Below are positions 50,579 to 60,537 of a stretch of DNA of 64,000 bases, in pieces. The stretch is from assembly GCA_965222075.1 (NCBI GenBank), contig OZ244937.1:160001-224000 (forward strand), in the 5' to 3' direction. The first letter of the stretch is position 1. Every line of letters starts with the position of its first letter. A program made the position numbers and the translations under genes. The notes below the pieces were generated by a model. It did no database searches and had not been told where the DNA came from. It was given only the letters and a program-made list of their open reading frames with translations. The stretch is from Candidatus Latescibacterota bacterium. Lineage in GTDB: Bacteria; Latescibacterota; UBA2968; GCA-2709665.

Positions 50579-51613
50579 ATGCGAACTCTATCTTTCGAAG
50601 ACGACCTTGCTCAGCTCATCGATCAAGCCGAACCGTCTATGCTGTTTGAGGGGTCAACGCCGGAGGAGCTCGAGTCGTGGCAGGGGCGGTTCCGATCCAC
50701 ACTAAATGACCTGCTCGGCATCTGTCCGGAGCGGGCCGATCTCTGCCTCGAATACCTGGTGGAAGTGGACTGCGGGAACCACACACGCTACCGAATTCGG
50801 TATCAGACCGAACCCGAGGTTTACGTACCCGCTTACTTGCTCGTACCCAAGGACATCCCATCGGGTGAGCGAGTCCCCGGGCTGATCTGCCTGCACGGCC
50901 ACGGCCAATTCGGAAAAGACAGCATCGTGGGCATCGACGATTCACCGGAGCGAAAACAGGAGATCGACAGACTCCAGTACAACTTCGGTCAGAAGTTTGC
51001 GGAGCAGGGGTATGTGGTCCTGGCGCCCGACCTGCGGGGGTTCGGGGAGCGCCGACCCGATTACCCCGGTCCCCGGACCGACCACTGCCTCCGCGACTAC
51101 CTCTGCGCCACGCTGCTGGGCACATCGGTCGTGGCCCTGCATCTGTGCGACCTGGGGGCGGCCCTGGATGTCCTCCAGTCGCTGGAATACGTGGACGGGG
51201 AGAGGTTGGGCTGTGCCGGTCTGTCGCTGGGGGGCAGGATGACCATGATGATTTCTGCGATGGACCACCGCATCAAAATCGCCGTTCCCTCCGGTTGCAT
51301 GAGCCTGTATCAGGAGCGGTATCAGGCGTTATACCGGTGCGGCGCGCAGTTGATTCCCGGACTTCTGCTGTACGGCGACACGCCTGAAATCTTCTCGCTG
51401 ATCGCCCCCCGTCCGATGGTTATCGAATGGGGACTCAAGGACAGACTCGCCCCGCACGAATGGGCGGAGCGCGGTCTGACACGCATCCGCAGGGCCTACG
51501 AGGCCGCGGGTGTTCCGGATCGCCTGTTTGTGGACCGCTTCGACGCCGGGCATATGTTCCACATGGACGTCGCCCGGGACGTCTTGCAAAAGTGGCGAAG
51601 CGGCCTCCTCTGA
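50579..51613 (+). CDS. Alpha/beta hydrolase, paralog of 4770..5804
   Basis: GLSLGG; long identical peptide stretches with the 4770 protein. Confidence 0.85.
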   Translation: MRTLSFEDDLAQLIDQAEPSMLFEGSTPEELESWQGRFRSTLNDLLGICPERADLCLEYLVEVDCGNHTRYRIRYQTEPEVYVPAYLLVPKDIPSGERVPGLICLHGHGQFGKDSIVGIDDSPERKQEIDRLQYNFGQKFAEQGYVVLAPDLRGFGERRPDYPGPRTDHCLRDYLCATLLGTSVVALHLCDLGAALDVLQSLEYVDGERLGCAGLSLGGRMTMMISAMDHRIKIAVPSGCMSLYQERYQALYRCGAQLIPGLLLYGDTPEIFSLIAPRPMVIEWGLKDRLAPHEWAERGLTRIRRAYEAAGVPDRLFVDRFDAGHMFHMDVARDVLQKWRSGLL

Positions 51614-51765
51614 GTTCTCCGGGCGTGTCTTGAAAGGAGCGCGAGGTAGTATTGGTAACTTGCCAATCGGCGAGAGAAAAAGGTGACTCGATAGCTCTGT
51701 AAAACTGCACTTTCTTTTTCTGTTCAACCTGGCGTTTCAAAATAAACAACCACAGGGAGGATTTC

Positions 51766-53034
51766 ATGGGTAGCTCGAATCTCGCCCTCAAGGGGGGACC
51801 GAAGGCGATTACCATCGACGACCTGGAGGAGTGGCAGGTATTTGGAAAGGCGGCGGCCGACCGGGTGGAAGACCGGGCGGCCGCCGCAGAGCTTTCAGCA
51901 CACGGGTTGGGGGTCACCAGGGAGTTTGAGCAGGCGTTTGCCGAGATGGTAGGCCAGCCCTACGTGCTGTCCCAGATGAACGGCACCTCCACCCTCTGGG
52001 GAGCCTACTTTGCGGTGGGGGTGGGTCCGGGAGACGAGGTGATCCACCCGACCTATAGCTGGATCGGGTCGGTTGCACCGGCGGTGTTCTTAGGCGCCCG
52101 TCCGGTCTTTTGCGAGGTGGACCCGGAGACGCTGACCGCCGATCCGGCAGACATCGAGCGTCGGATCACGGCGCACACGCGCGCGATCTGCGTGGTGCAC
52201 CTGTTTGGCAATCCGTGCGATATGGACGCGATTATGGAGATCTCCCGCCGCTACGGCATCCCGGTGGTCGAGGATTGCTCGCACGCGCACGGGGCGGAGT
52301 GGGATGGGAAGAAGGTGGGGGCGATCGGGGACATCGGGTGTTTCTCGCTTCAGGGGGAGGGGAGAGGCGCGATGAGCGTGGGAGAAGGAGGGGTGGCGGT
52401 GACGGCCGTGCGCGAGTATTACGAGCGGCTGTTGATCTGCGGGCATCTGAACCGTCGGGGGATCACAGAGGAACTGACGCGGCCGGAATACAAGGCACTG
52501 AGGAACACCTGTCTGGGGGTCAAGTTTCGGGCGCACGCGCTGGGGTTGAGTCTTGGAGTAGAGCAGGTCCGAAAATTGGACGAAGTCAACCAGAAGCGGC
52601 GAGCGGTACATCAGAAGTTCAACCAGATCGCCGAGGAGATTCCGGGTCTGGAGCCGGTAAAGGCCCTTGAAAAGGCAACGCTTGGAGGATTTTATGGATA
52701 CCGGTTGCTCTACAACGCCGATGAATTGGACGGGCTGTCGGTGGAGACGTTTATCGAGGCGCTGCAGGCGGAGGGAGCAGAGGTGACGGGGTGCGATTTT
52801 CCGCTGCTGCACACCCTGCCGCTGTTTGCAGAGGGGTTCGATCTCTACGGGGGGGACCGGGGGCCGCTGGCCGGGGACTATCCCGGCTACCGCGAGGGGG
52901 ACCTGCCGGTTTCGGAGGCGGTGCACAGACGGGTGTTGGCGCTGCCGGCGTTTACGGACCCCAAGCCTGGGGTGCTGGACCAGTACATGGAGGCCTTTCG
53001 GAAGGTAGTGGCGAATGCGGGGACGCTGAGATAG
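51766..53034 (+). CDS. DegT/DnrJ/EryC1/StrS-family PLP protein, copy 1 (Schiff-base Lys apparently absent)
   Basis: 'NGTS', 'GPGDEVI', 'VHLFG', 'EDCSHAHG', 'CFSLQGEGRGAMSVGEGG'. Confidence 0.85.
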   Translation: MGSSNLALKGGPKAITIDDLEEWQVFGKAAADRVEDRAAAAELSAHGLGVTREFEQAFAEMVGQPYVLSQMNGTSTLWGAYFAVGVGPGDEVIHPTYSWIGSVAPAVFLGARPVFCEVDPETLTADPADIERRITAHTRAICVVHLFGNPCDMDAIMEISRRYGIPVVEDCSHAHGAEWDGKKVGAIGDIGCFSLQGEGRGAMSVGEGGVAVTAVREYYERLLICGHLNRRGITEELTRPEYKALRNTCLGVKFRAHALGLSLGVEQVRKLDEVNQKRRAVHQKFNQIAEEIPGLEPVKALEKATLGGFYGYRLLYNADELDGLSVETFIEALQAEGAEVTGCDFPLLHTLPLFAEGFDLYGGDRGPLAGDYPGYREGDLPVSEAVHRRVLALPAFTDPKPGVLDQYMEAFRKVVANAGTLR

Positions 53035-53063
53035 ATTGCAATCCGAAATCGGAGGATAAGGCG

Positions 53064-54383
53064 ATGGCAGGCAAAGACGGAAAGCTGGCGGTTCTGGGCG
53101 GTCCAAAGGCGGTGGCGATCGACCAACCGGACAGGTGGGAGAAGATGACGGACGAGATGGTCCAGCGGGTAAAGCAGATGGTGGAGGAGGCAGATATATC
53201 GTCGCAGGGGGAGAAGGTCGCCCGGGACCTGGAGGATAGATTTGCGGAGTTCATCGGTGCAAACCACGCGGTATTGCAGCACAATGGCACCTCCACCCTG
53301 TGGGCATCCTACTTTGCGCTTGGGGTTGGACCGGGTGACGAGATTCTCCATCCCAATTTTACCTGGATCTGTTCCTTCGGTCCGGCGGTCTACCTGGGTG
53401 CCCGACCGGTCTTCTGCGAGATCGATCCGCGGACCTTCCTGATCGATCCGGAGGATATGGAGAAGCGCATCACGCCCCGGACCAAGGCGATTTCGGTGGT
53501 CCACTGGGGAGGCAATGTGTGCGACATGGGAGCGGTGATGGATGTGGCCAACCGGCACGGCATCCCGGTGATCGAGGACTGTTCCCACGCCCACGGGGCG
53601 AGTTACGACGGGAAGATGGTGGGAACGATCGGCGCGATCGGCGGGTTCAGCTTCCAGGGGGTGCCGGGGCAGGGGAAGCCGATTTCCGGGGGGGAATGCG
53701 GGATGGTGGCCACGATGGACCGCCACCTGTACGAGCGGGTGATGGTGTTCGGTCAGGCAGGGCGGCCGGACATGGCGGACAGGCTGGAGGACCCTGTACA
53801 CAAACGGCTCGCGCCCTTCGGGCTGGGGCTGAAGTTCCGGGCGAATCCGCTCGGGGCTGCGATTGCGCACGTGCAGTTTGGCCGAATACGGAAACAGAAT
53901 GAGGGTCGGTGGGACTACGTGATGGCCCTGAACAAGGGTCTGGAGGAGATTCCGGGGGTCGATCCGCTCACCATCTATCCGAAGGCCAAACCGGGGGGAT
54001 GGTATGCCGGACTGCAGGCCCGGTATCGGCCGGAGGATCTGGATGGGTTGCCCAGGGAGCGGTATTGCGAGGCGCTGCAGGCGGAGGGGGTCAACGTGCG
54101 TGCGGGCGCCTACTCCGATGCGTTCGGCCCTCGGGCAGGGGCGCGGCATATTCCGTATCACCTGGTGCCGCCGTATTCCAGGGGGTTCGATTTCTACACC
54201 CACGGGCGGGGACCGCTGTGGGAGGGGTATGAGGGGTATTCCCCAGAGGATTACCCGCAGACCCGGAGGGCGCTGTCGCGCATGCTGCAGCTTCCCGTAT
54301 TGACGGACCCCGAAGAGGGCGCTGTGGAACAGTTCTTGGACGCGTTCCGCAAGGTGGCCGAGAACTATAAGGCACTCCTCTAA
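53064..54383 (+). CDS. DegT-family aminotransferase, copy 2
   Basis: RBS GGAGG; 'EDCSHAHG', 'FSFQGVPGQGKPISGGECG' with Lys. Confidence 0.85.
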   Translation: MAGKDGKLAVLGGPKAVAIDQPDRWEKMTDEMVQRVKQMVEEADISSQGEKVARDLEDRFAEFIGANHAVLQHNGTSTLWASYFALGVGPGDEILHPNFTWICSFGPAVYLGARPVFCEIDPRTFLIDPEDMEKRITPRTKAISVVHWGGNVCDMGAVMDVANRHGIPVIEDCSHAHGASYDGKMVGTIGAIGGFSFQGVPGQGKPISGGECGMVATMDRHLYERVMVFGQAGRPDMADRLEDPVHKRLAPFGLGLKFRANPLGAAIAHVQFGRIRKQNEGRWDYVMALNKGLEEIPGVDPLTIYPKAKPGGWYAGLQARYRPEDLDGLPRERYCEALQAEGVNVRAGAYSDAFGPRAGARHIPYHLVPPYSRGFDFYTHGRGPLWEGYEGYSPEDYPQTRRALSRMLQLPVLTDPEEGAVEQFLDAFRKVAENYKALL

Positions 54384-54446
54384 CGGCCCATTTCGTAAAT
54401 TCGCATACGGCAGACGGCCTGCGGAGATCGCAAGGGAGGGAGAATA

Positions 54447-57374
54447 GTGCCAAAACCTGCAACCGACCGTGTCTCCGTTTTCATTGAGCCGATTCCCGGC
54501 AGGGAACCGGACGGGTTCGCCGTTGCCTTTCGTGGTGCCGACGGCTCCGAGGCAACCGGCGCCGAGTTCTCACTGCCCGCCGGAAAAGTGGGCACCTGGG
54601 AACTGACAGTGACGGTGGCCTCCGAGGTCGCAACCGGCGGCGGATTCCTCTTCCAGCGGCGCGGCTTTCTGCTGGGACACCGAACGGTAGTAGGCGTGAT
54701 CCTGCTCGCTGTCGTTTGGAGCTTGAGGTCGGTCACTGGCGTGGCCGCCCAGGAGCTATCTGCGGCGGCCGTTGACTCCATCTACAAAAGCGGGTTGAAA
54801 GCCAGGGATGCCAGAGGTGTGCTGGCAGCGGCCAGCAGGTTGGAGGCAGCCGTTCCCGGCTTCCCCGAACCCGCCAAACTGCTGAGCCGGATCGGCATGC
54901 TCTACCTGCGGACCGGAGCGACTGACAAGGCGCGGTCGGCCTTTCACCGGGCCATTCAACACAGCGCTGGACAGGTGGACGCCCACGTCGGATTGGGACG
55001 CATCGCCCTGGAGCTGGAGGATGATCCGGAGCAGGCGCTGGCCCACTTCAGGGCGGCCATGGCGGCCGATTCCACCTACAAATGGGCCCCCTACTTCGCC
55101 GCACGGGCCGCGTCCCGCATCGGCCTTGCGCTGATCAAGGAGGGCGTGGCCGACAGCGCCAGGTCGATGCTGCAGGAGGCCATTTCGCACGATCCGGACC
55201 TGGCCAGTTCGCACATCGGGCTCGGGCGTGTTGCCCTGGAATTGAAGCGAGATCCAGATATGGCCCTGTCCCACTTCCAGGCGGCTGCGAAGCTCGACTC
55301 TACGAATGCTGAGGTCCATTATCTTCTCGTCCGGACCTACGAAAAGCTGAAGGATCACGTTGGGGCCAGAAAGTCTGCGGACCGAACGATCCGTCTCGAC
55401 CCCGCTCACGCCCAGGCCTATCTCCTGCTGGCACGGTCGCATCGAGCAGAAGGCAACCGAAAGGCGGCCCTGGTCTATATCAAGAAGTACCTCGAGCAAA
55501 AGCCGTCGGACCAGGAACCGGCCTACGCCTTTGCATTGGAGTTGATGGAGGAGGGTCGATTCAGGGAGGTCGAGGAAATCACCTCCAGGATGACGAACGA
55601 CGAGGCCCTGCCCCTGCTGGCGCAGTCGTTAATGAAGAGGGGTGACTTCGAGAGTGCCGCCGCCGCGTTCGAACTCTTTATGAAGGGCTTGTCCACAGAA
55701 GAGCGAAATCAGTATACCGACATCTCCCTGGTGGCGTTACCCCACGAGCTCGAAGCCTACCAAGAAACGCCCGAGGAAAAGCGCGCCGATTTTTTACGCC
55801 AGTTCTGGCTGCGCCACGATCCCTTAAAGGCTTCCGGGGGCTGGATGCGCCGCGCCGAGCACTATCGAAGGGTCTGGTACGCGCGCACCTTCTTTGGAGA
55901 AGGGAAATGGCCTTGGGACCGCCGCGGGGAGGTCTACATTCGCTACGGTGAACCGGACTACCGTTCCACTTCGGAGAAGATCAACGCCCAGGTTCCCCCG
56001 GCGGTCCAGCAGGTGCAGGACAAGATGGCCTATGAGCTTTATGGGCAATCGGCGATCGGGCTCTCTTTCCAGGGGCCCGTCTTTCCGATTCGAACGGGCC
56101 TCGGATTTCACGACGATCCCCCCCAGGAATTCATCGAGGAGGCGGAAGGCTTCTTTGCCGCGGAGGAAGGGTTGAGCCTTGAAGCCCTGGAGGAGCCGTT
56201 TCCTGAGGCAAGGGTCCATCTGGACCCCGAATTCACGATCGGATTGACCAACTGGAAGCCGGTCGTCGGGGGAAACAACTGGGCGGCGATTCCGTGGGAG
56301 GTCTGGATTTACGCCAACGTGGGCACCGGACTGGAAGTGGCCTTTACTGATGAACGTCGATCCAATGCCTTCGACTACGCGCCTGTCCCTGGAGTGACGA
56401 AACGCGACCTGGACCAACTGGACGAAGATCGCTACGCGGGACAAACGGCCTATATGCGACTCGTCCAGCGTTTGACGGAGTATGCCCCGGGCGTTCGAGT
56501 CCAGACCGTGGCCAGCAGCCAGCCCGAGCACTATGACGTAGCTGAGTTTGAACCGTTGGATTTCTACTACGACGTTGTCTCATTCCGGGGCAGGGCCGGG
56601 AAGACGGACCTGCAACTGAATATCGGAATCCCGATCGAAAGCGTGATTCTGGAGCCAGATACGGCAAAAGTCGTGAAGTTGAACCGCCGGGTCGCGCTAC
56701 TAGACGCCGCGGAGTCCTGGGCCGTACCGATGCAGAGGGACCTGCAGGTCCCCATATCCGGCCAGAGAGCGGGCAGGGCGCTGCTGGACAGGGTAGACGT
56801 CATCGATTTCCAGCCAGGAGATTACAAGGTTGCGGTTCAGGTGCATCGGTACGACACCAACCGCCTCCAGGCTTACGTGCAGGAGCTTTCCCTCGAAGAC
56901 TATTCGGGTGCGGACCTGATGCTGAGCGACCTGTTCGTGGCAAAGGAGGTGTCCGAGGCCGCGTCCACCTCAGATCCCAATTTTGTGCGAGGGAAGTGGA
57001 GAATCATACCGCTGCCGTCCCACGTCTTTCACGTAGGACAGCACGTGTTCATCTATTTCGAGATCTACAACCTGACGCGGGATGAGTTCGGGGGCACGCG
57101 CTACAGGGTGACCTATGAGGTCCGTGGAACCGATGAGACCGGAATCAGCAGCGCACCCCTCCTCACCAGGATCCTCGGGCGGCAGGCGGGGGCGACGGTA
57201 ACGGTCAGCTATGAACAGACCGGCACAGAAGAGTCCGTTTCGGACTACGTGGGCCTCGACATCGGGGACGCCTCTCCGGGACGCTACACGGTCCAGATGA
57301 CCGTAAAGGACCTGCACAGCGGCCAGGAGGCGACCAAAGAAAGGACGTTTTGGGTCAAGAGCCGCTCCCAGTAG
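54447..57374 (+). CDS. TPR + GWxTD-type domain protein carrying an N-terminal DUF3604-gene fragment (chimeric ORF)
   Basis: TPR repeats; 'FW...DP', 'EHYRRV.YA...F', 'WDRRGEVYIRYGEPD', 'WEVWIY', 'YFEIYNL'. First 79 aa match the N-terminus of the 32848/42458 proteins. Confidence 0.8.
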   Translation: MPKPATDRVSVFIEPIPGREPDGFAVAFRGADGSEATGAEFSLPAGKVGTWELTVTVASEVATGGGFLFQRRGFLLGHRTVVGVILLAVVWSLRSVTGVAAQELSAAAVDSIYKSGLKARDARGVLAAASRLEAAVPGFPEPAKLLSRIGMLYLRTGATDKARSAFHRAIQHSAGQVDAHVGLGRIALELEDDPEQALAHFRAAMAADSTYKWAPYFAARAASRIGLALIKEGVADSARSMLQEAISHDPDLASSHIGLGRVALELKRDPDMALSHFQAAAKLDSTNAEVHYLLVRTYEKLKDHVGARKSADRTIRLDPAHAQAYLLLARSHRAEGNRKAALVYIKKYLEQKPSDQEPAYAFALELMEEGRFREVEEITSRMTNDEALPLLAQSLMKRGDFESAAAAFELFMKGLSTEERNQYTDISLVALPHELEAYQETPEEKRADFLRQFWLRHDPLKASGGWMRRAEHYRRVWYARTFFGEGKWPWDRRGEVYIRYGEPDYRSTSEKINAQVPPAVQQVQDKMAYELYGQSAIGLSFQGPVFPIRTGLGFHDDPPQEFIEEAEGFFAAEEGLSLEALEEPFPEARVHLDPEFTIGLTNWKPVVGGNNWAAIPWEVWIYANVGTGLEVAFTDERRSNAFDYAPVPGVTKRDLDQLDEDRYAGQTAYMRLVQRLTEYAPGVRVQTVASSQPEHYDVAEFEPLDFYYDVVSFRGRAGKTDLQLNIGIPIESVILEPDTAKVVKLNRRVALLDAAESWAVPMQRDLQVPISGQRAGRALLDRVDVIDFQPGDYKVAVQVHRYDTNRLQAYVQELSLEDYSGADLMLSDLFVAKEVSEAASTSDPNFVRGKWRIIPLPSHVFHVGQHVFIYFEIYNLTRDEFGGTRYRVTYEVRGTDETGISSAPLLTRILGRQAGATVTVSYEQTGTEESVSDYVGLDIGDASPGRYTVQMTVKDLHSGQEATKERTFWVKSRSQ

Positions 57375-57434
57375 ACAGGGAAAATCGTTCAACAAAAGCT
57401 GCAGAAAAACTGGAAGGATGAGACCGGAGGACAG

Positions 57435-58595
57435 ATGAAAATTACCGATATCAAGACGACAATCGTTTCTATCCCCTTCACGGAGGTGGAAATCTGGTCT
57501 ATGGGCCACAGGCCCGGCGTAACGAATATCATCCTTGAGATCTGCACCGATGAGGGAATAACGGGTCTCGGAGAGGCTATGGGGTTTCCCTCGGTCGCCG
57601 TCGTGCACGACATCGTCGAGCTATCCAAACCCAGGCTCATCGGCCAGGACCCTTTTAACGTGGAGAAGGTTATGGATCTTCTCTACAGGTCCGGGGGATG
57701 GCAGAGCTTCCTGAACACAGGAAACATAGCCCTGGGCGGGATCGAGATGGCCCTTTGGGACATCATCGGAAAGGCGTGCGGAAAACCCCTGTATCAACTG
57801 TTCGGAGGGCTGGTCAGAGAAAAGATCCCCTTCATGTACTTCCTGCCCAGGACAGACCAGGATCAAATGGTGGAAAGAGCAAAGAAAGCCGTAGAAAGGG
57901 GCTTTCGAACCATCTACATGAAGGTCGGGATCGACCCGGAAGAGGATGTTCGACTCGTCCGGGCGGTGAGGGAGGCCGTCGGTTCCGGTCCCAACCTCCG
58001 CGTCGACGCCAACGAGGCCTGGTCCCCTTCTCAGGCGATCAACATGATCCGAAAAATGGAGGAATACGATCTCGAGTTCGTGGAACAGCCCGTCCATTTC
58101 AGGGATTTCGACGGCATGGCCACCGTCAGACGCTCCGTGGACGTCCCCATCGCGGCCAATCAGACCTCCTGGACCCAGTTCGATGTCCTGGAAGTGATCA
58201 AGCGCGAAGCGGCCGACATCGTGCTGACGGACCCCCATCAACTCGGCGGGCTCTTTATCTTCAAAAAGGTGGCCGCGATGCTCGAATTTGCAGGCATTCC
58301 CATCGTCAAACACACCTTCTGCGACCTGGGCGTGTCAGCCAACGCGGCCATGCACGTGGTGGCTTCGAGTCCGAACTTCACCTACGCGAATCAGACTTAT
58401 GGTGATTACCTGAGCGACGACATCATCCAGGGAGGGCTGCCCAACTTCGAGGGAGATTGTGTTTCGGTTTCGCAAAGGCCCGGTATTGGCGTCGAGCTGG
58501 ATCCTGAGAGGATGGAGAAATATTCGAAGCTCTATAGAGAGAAGGGAGAGTTTTCGGCCTTTACACCCAATATGGGAGCGGTAGAAACCCGGTGA
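57435..58595 (+). CDS. Enolase superfamily (mandelate racemase/MLE; glucarate-dehydratase-like) enzyme
   Basis: 'EMALWDI.GK....PLY.L.GG', 'RVDAN', 'EQP', 'AAN', 'DPH', 'PGIGVELD'. Confidence 0.88.
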   Translation: MKITDIKTTIVSIPFTEVEIWSMGHRPGVTNIILEICTDEGITGLGEAMGFPSVAVVHDIVELSKPRLIGQDPFNVEKVMDLLYRSGGWQSFLNTGNIALGGIEMALWDIIGKACGKPLYQLFGGLVREKIPFMYFLPRTDQDQMVERAKKAVERGFRTIYMKVGIDPEEDVRLVRAVREAVGSGPNLRVDANEAWSPSQAINMIRKMEEYDLEFVEQPVHFRDFDGMATVRRSVDVPIAANQTSWTQFDVLEVIKREAADIVLTDPHQLGGLFIFKKVAAMLEFAGIPIVKHTFCDLGVSANAAMHVVASSPNFTYANQTYGDYLSDDIIQGGLPNFEGDCVSVSQRPGIGVELDPERMEKYSKLYREKGEFSAFTPNMGAVETR

Positions 58596-58623
58596 CAGCA
58601 ACCAGATGGAGGGAGGGAGTACC

Positions 58624-59502
58624 ATGGGCGGTCTGAGTCCCCGGCGAACTGCGTCTTTCCTGGAGAACGGATACCTGGTGCTGGAGCATCTGCTCTCCCC
58701 GGAGGACCTGCAGCCCCTGATCGACGAAATCGAAGCAGTGATCGACCGGAAGGCCCGTGAGGCATACGCAGAGGGGCGTCTGAGCGACCTGTTCGAGGAC
58801 GAGCCGTTCGACCGTCGCCTGGCCTGTCTCTGCGAGACGATAGAGAGTCCTGGGGACATCAGAACCGCGGTTATGGGGAGAAACCTGAAGGCTGGGATGT
58901 TTGGGAGCGCAGGAATGTTCCGGGTGATTACCCACCCGAAGGTTCTGGACATCGTCGAGTCGGTGATAGGCCCCGAGATCCTCGCCCACCCCCAGTTCAA
59001 TCTGCAGGCCAAGATGCCCCGAGAGGAAATGTCGAAAGTCCCGTGGCATCAGGACCTGGAATTCCTGGAGTCCGACGCGAAAGAGACGTTTATGGTCAAC
59101 GTCTGGATTCCGCTCGTCGATGCGACGGTCGAGAACGGATGTTTGCAAGTCATTTCCGGCAGCCACAAGGCCGGGCTGATCTCCCACGGCAAACTGCCCA
59201 ACTACCGGACAAGGGGAGTAAAGGTGGATAACTTCCCGTGTGGAGCAATCCAGTCCTGCCCGATTTTGAAAGGCGGAGCGGTCGTATTTCAAAACGTAAC
59301 CGTCCACCGCTCCTTCCTCAACCGGACCGAGGGCATCCGATGGACCGTGGACCTTCGCTACTCCGATCCGGGATTGTCCACCGGCCGAGATGAAATCTCT
59401 GGCTTTACCGCGCGCAGCAGGGCTCACCCCGAAACGGTGATCAAGAACCACGAGGAGTGGGCCAGCCTGATGCCCGATCGGGCACTGCTGCACAGATCAT
59501 AG
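58624..59502 (+). CDS. PhyH-family dioxygenase, canonical HxD
   Basis: 'PWHQD', 'WIPLVDA..ENGCL...GSH', 'HRS..N....RW'; alternative start 58606. Confidence 0.9.
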   Translation: MGGLSPRRTASFLENGYLVLEHLLSPEDLQPLIDEIEAVIDRKAREAYAEGRLSDLFEDEPFDRRLACLCETIESPGDIRTAVMGRNLKAGMFGSAGMFRVITHPKVLDIVESVIGPEILAHPQFNLQAKMPREEMSKVPWHQDLEFLESDAKETFMVNVWIPLVDATVENGCLQVISGSHKAGLISHGKLPNYRTRGVKVDNFPCGAIQSCPILKGGAVVFQNVTVHRSFLNRTEGIRWTVDLRYSDPGLSTGRDEISGFTARSRAHPETVIKNHEEWASLMPDRALLHRS

Positions 59503-59581
59503 TCGGGAGTGGGCACCTGCGCTCCGCTGCATCCGGGCGTAGGTGGCACCCTGATCACCGACAAGCTGTGGGGAGGTCGCC

Positions 59582-60355
59582 ATGCTTTTGGACGGTCGCG
59601 TGGCCATCATCACCGGCGGGGCCAGCGGGATCGGCCTGGCCACGGCCCGACGCTTCGGCAAAGAAGGTGCCAGACTCTGTGTGGCCACGATCAATCAAGA
59701 GAAGATCGACCGGGCGGTACCGGAGCTACAGGTCGAAGGAGTCGAGGTGATCGGCCAATGGGTCGACGTTCGGAAGATGGAGGCCGTAAAGGCGATGGTC
59801 GCTGCCGCCATGGAGGCGTTCGGCCGCATCGACATCCTGATCTGCTCTCACGCCTTTTCCGCCTTCGACAATGTCGTCGACCACGACGATGCCCTTTGGG
59901 AGCAGGTCATCGACGTTGATCTGACCGGCTGCTATCGCTGCAGCAAGGCCGTGCTTCCCGCCATGCTGGAGCGGAAGTGGGGACGGATCATCTACGTCTC
60001 AGCAACATCGGCGTTTAGAGCGCAGGCGGCCTGGACGGCCAAGTGCAGTGCCAAGACGGGGCTGCTCGGACTCACCCGCGGGCTGGCCCTGGAAGTGGCC
60101 CAAGACGGCATCACCGTCAACGCCATCTGTCCCTCCTGGGTTCGGACGAAACTCGCCGAAGTGGATGCCCGCGCCCAGGCGGAGCGGGAGGGCAAGTCCT
60201 ACGAACAGTTCTGGGAAGAGACCCTCGCCACGTACCCGATGAAGCGTATAACGGAACCGGAGGAGCAGGCGGATCTGATGCTTTATCTGGCCAGCGATGC
60301 GGCGCGCGGCATGACGGGGCAGGCCATCGCGTTGACGGCCGGTGCCGACTGGTAG
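59582..60355 (+). CDS. Short-chain dehydrogenase/reductase with atypical catalytic motif
   Basis: 'TGGASGIG', 'FGRIDIL', 'WGRII', 'ITVNAICP', 'TGQ'; 'AKCSAK' in place of YxxxK. Confidence 0.88.
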   Translation: MLLDGRVAIITGGASGIGLATARRFGKEGARLCVATINQEKIDRAVPELQVEGVEVIGQWVDVRKMEAVKAMVAAAMEAFGRIDILICSHAFSAFDNVVDHDDALWEQVIDVDLTGCYRCSKAVLPAMLERKWGRIIYVSATSAFRAQAAWTAKCSAKTGLLGLTRGLALEVAQDGITVNAICPSWVRTKLAEVDARAQAEREGKSYEQFWEETLATYPMKRITEPEEQADLMLYLASDAARGMTGQAIALTAGADW

Positions 60356-60537
60356 CGATGTGATGGGGATCGGTTGCACACCACGTCCGTGCGATGGCCG
60401 AGGCGCTGGGGCGGAAGCCTGCGGCCAGCGAGGCGACCGCCGATCTGGCGAAGCATCCCATCCTTGGGACGGACGCGCCGAGGACGTGGTGAGGAGATCT
60501 GTTTCCCCAAATTATTTCTTCGAAACAGGAGGCAGAA

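Noticed and set aside
60360-60495. Possible gene remnant (VAHHVRAMAEALGRKPAA...)
   Set aside because: No recognisable motif or paralog in the window.
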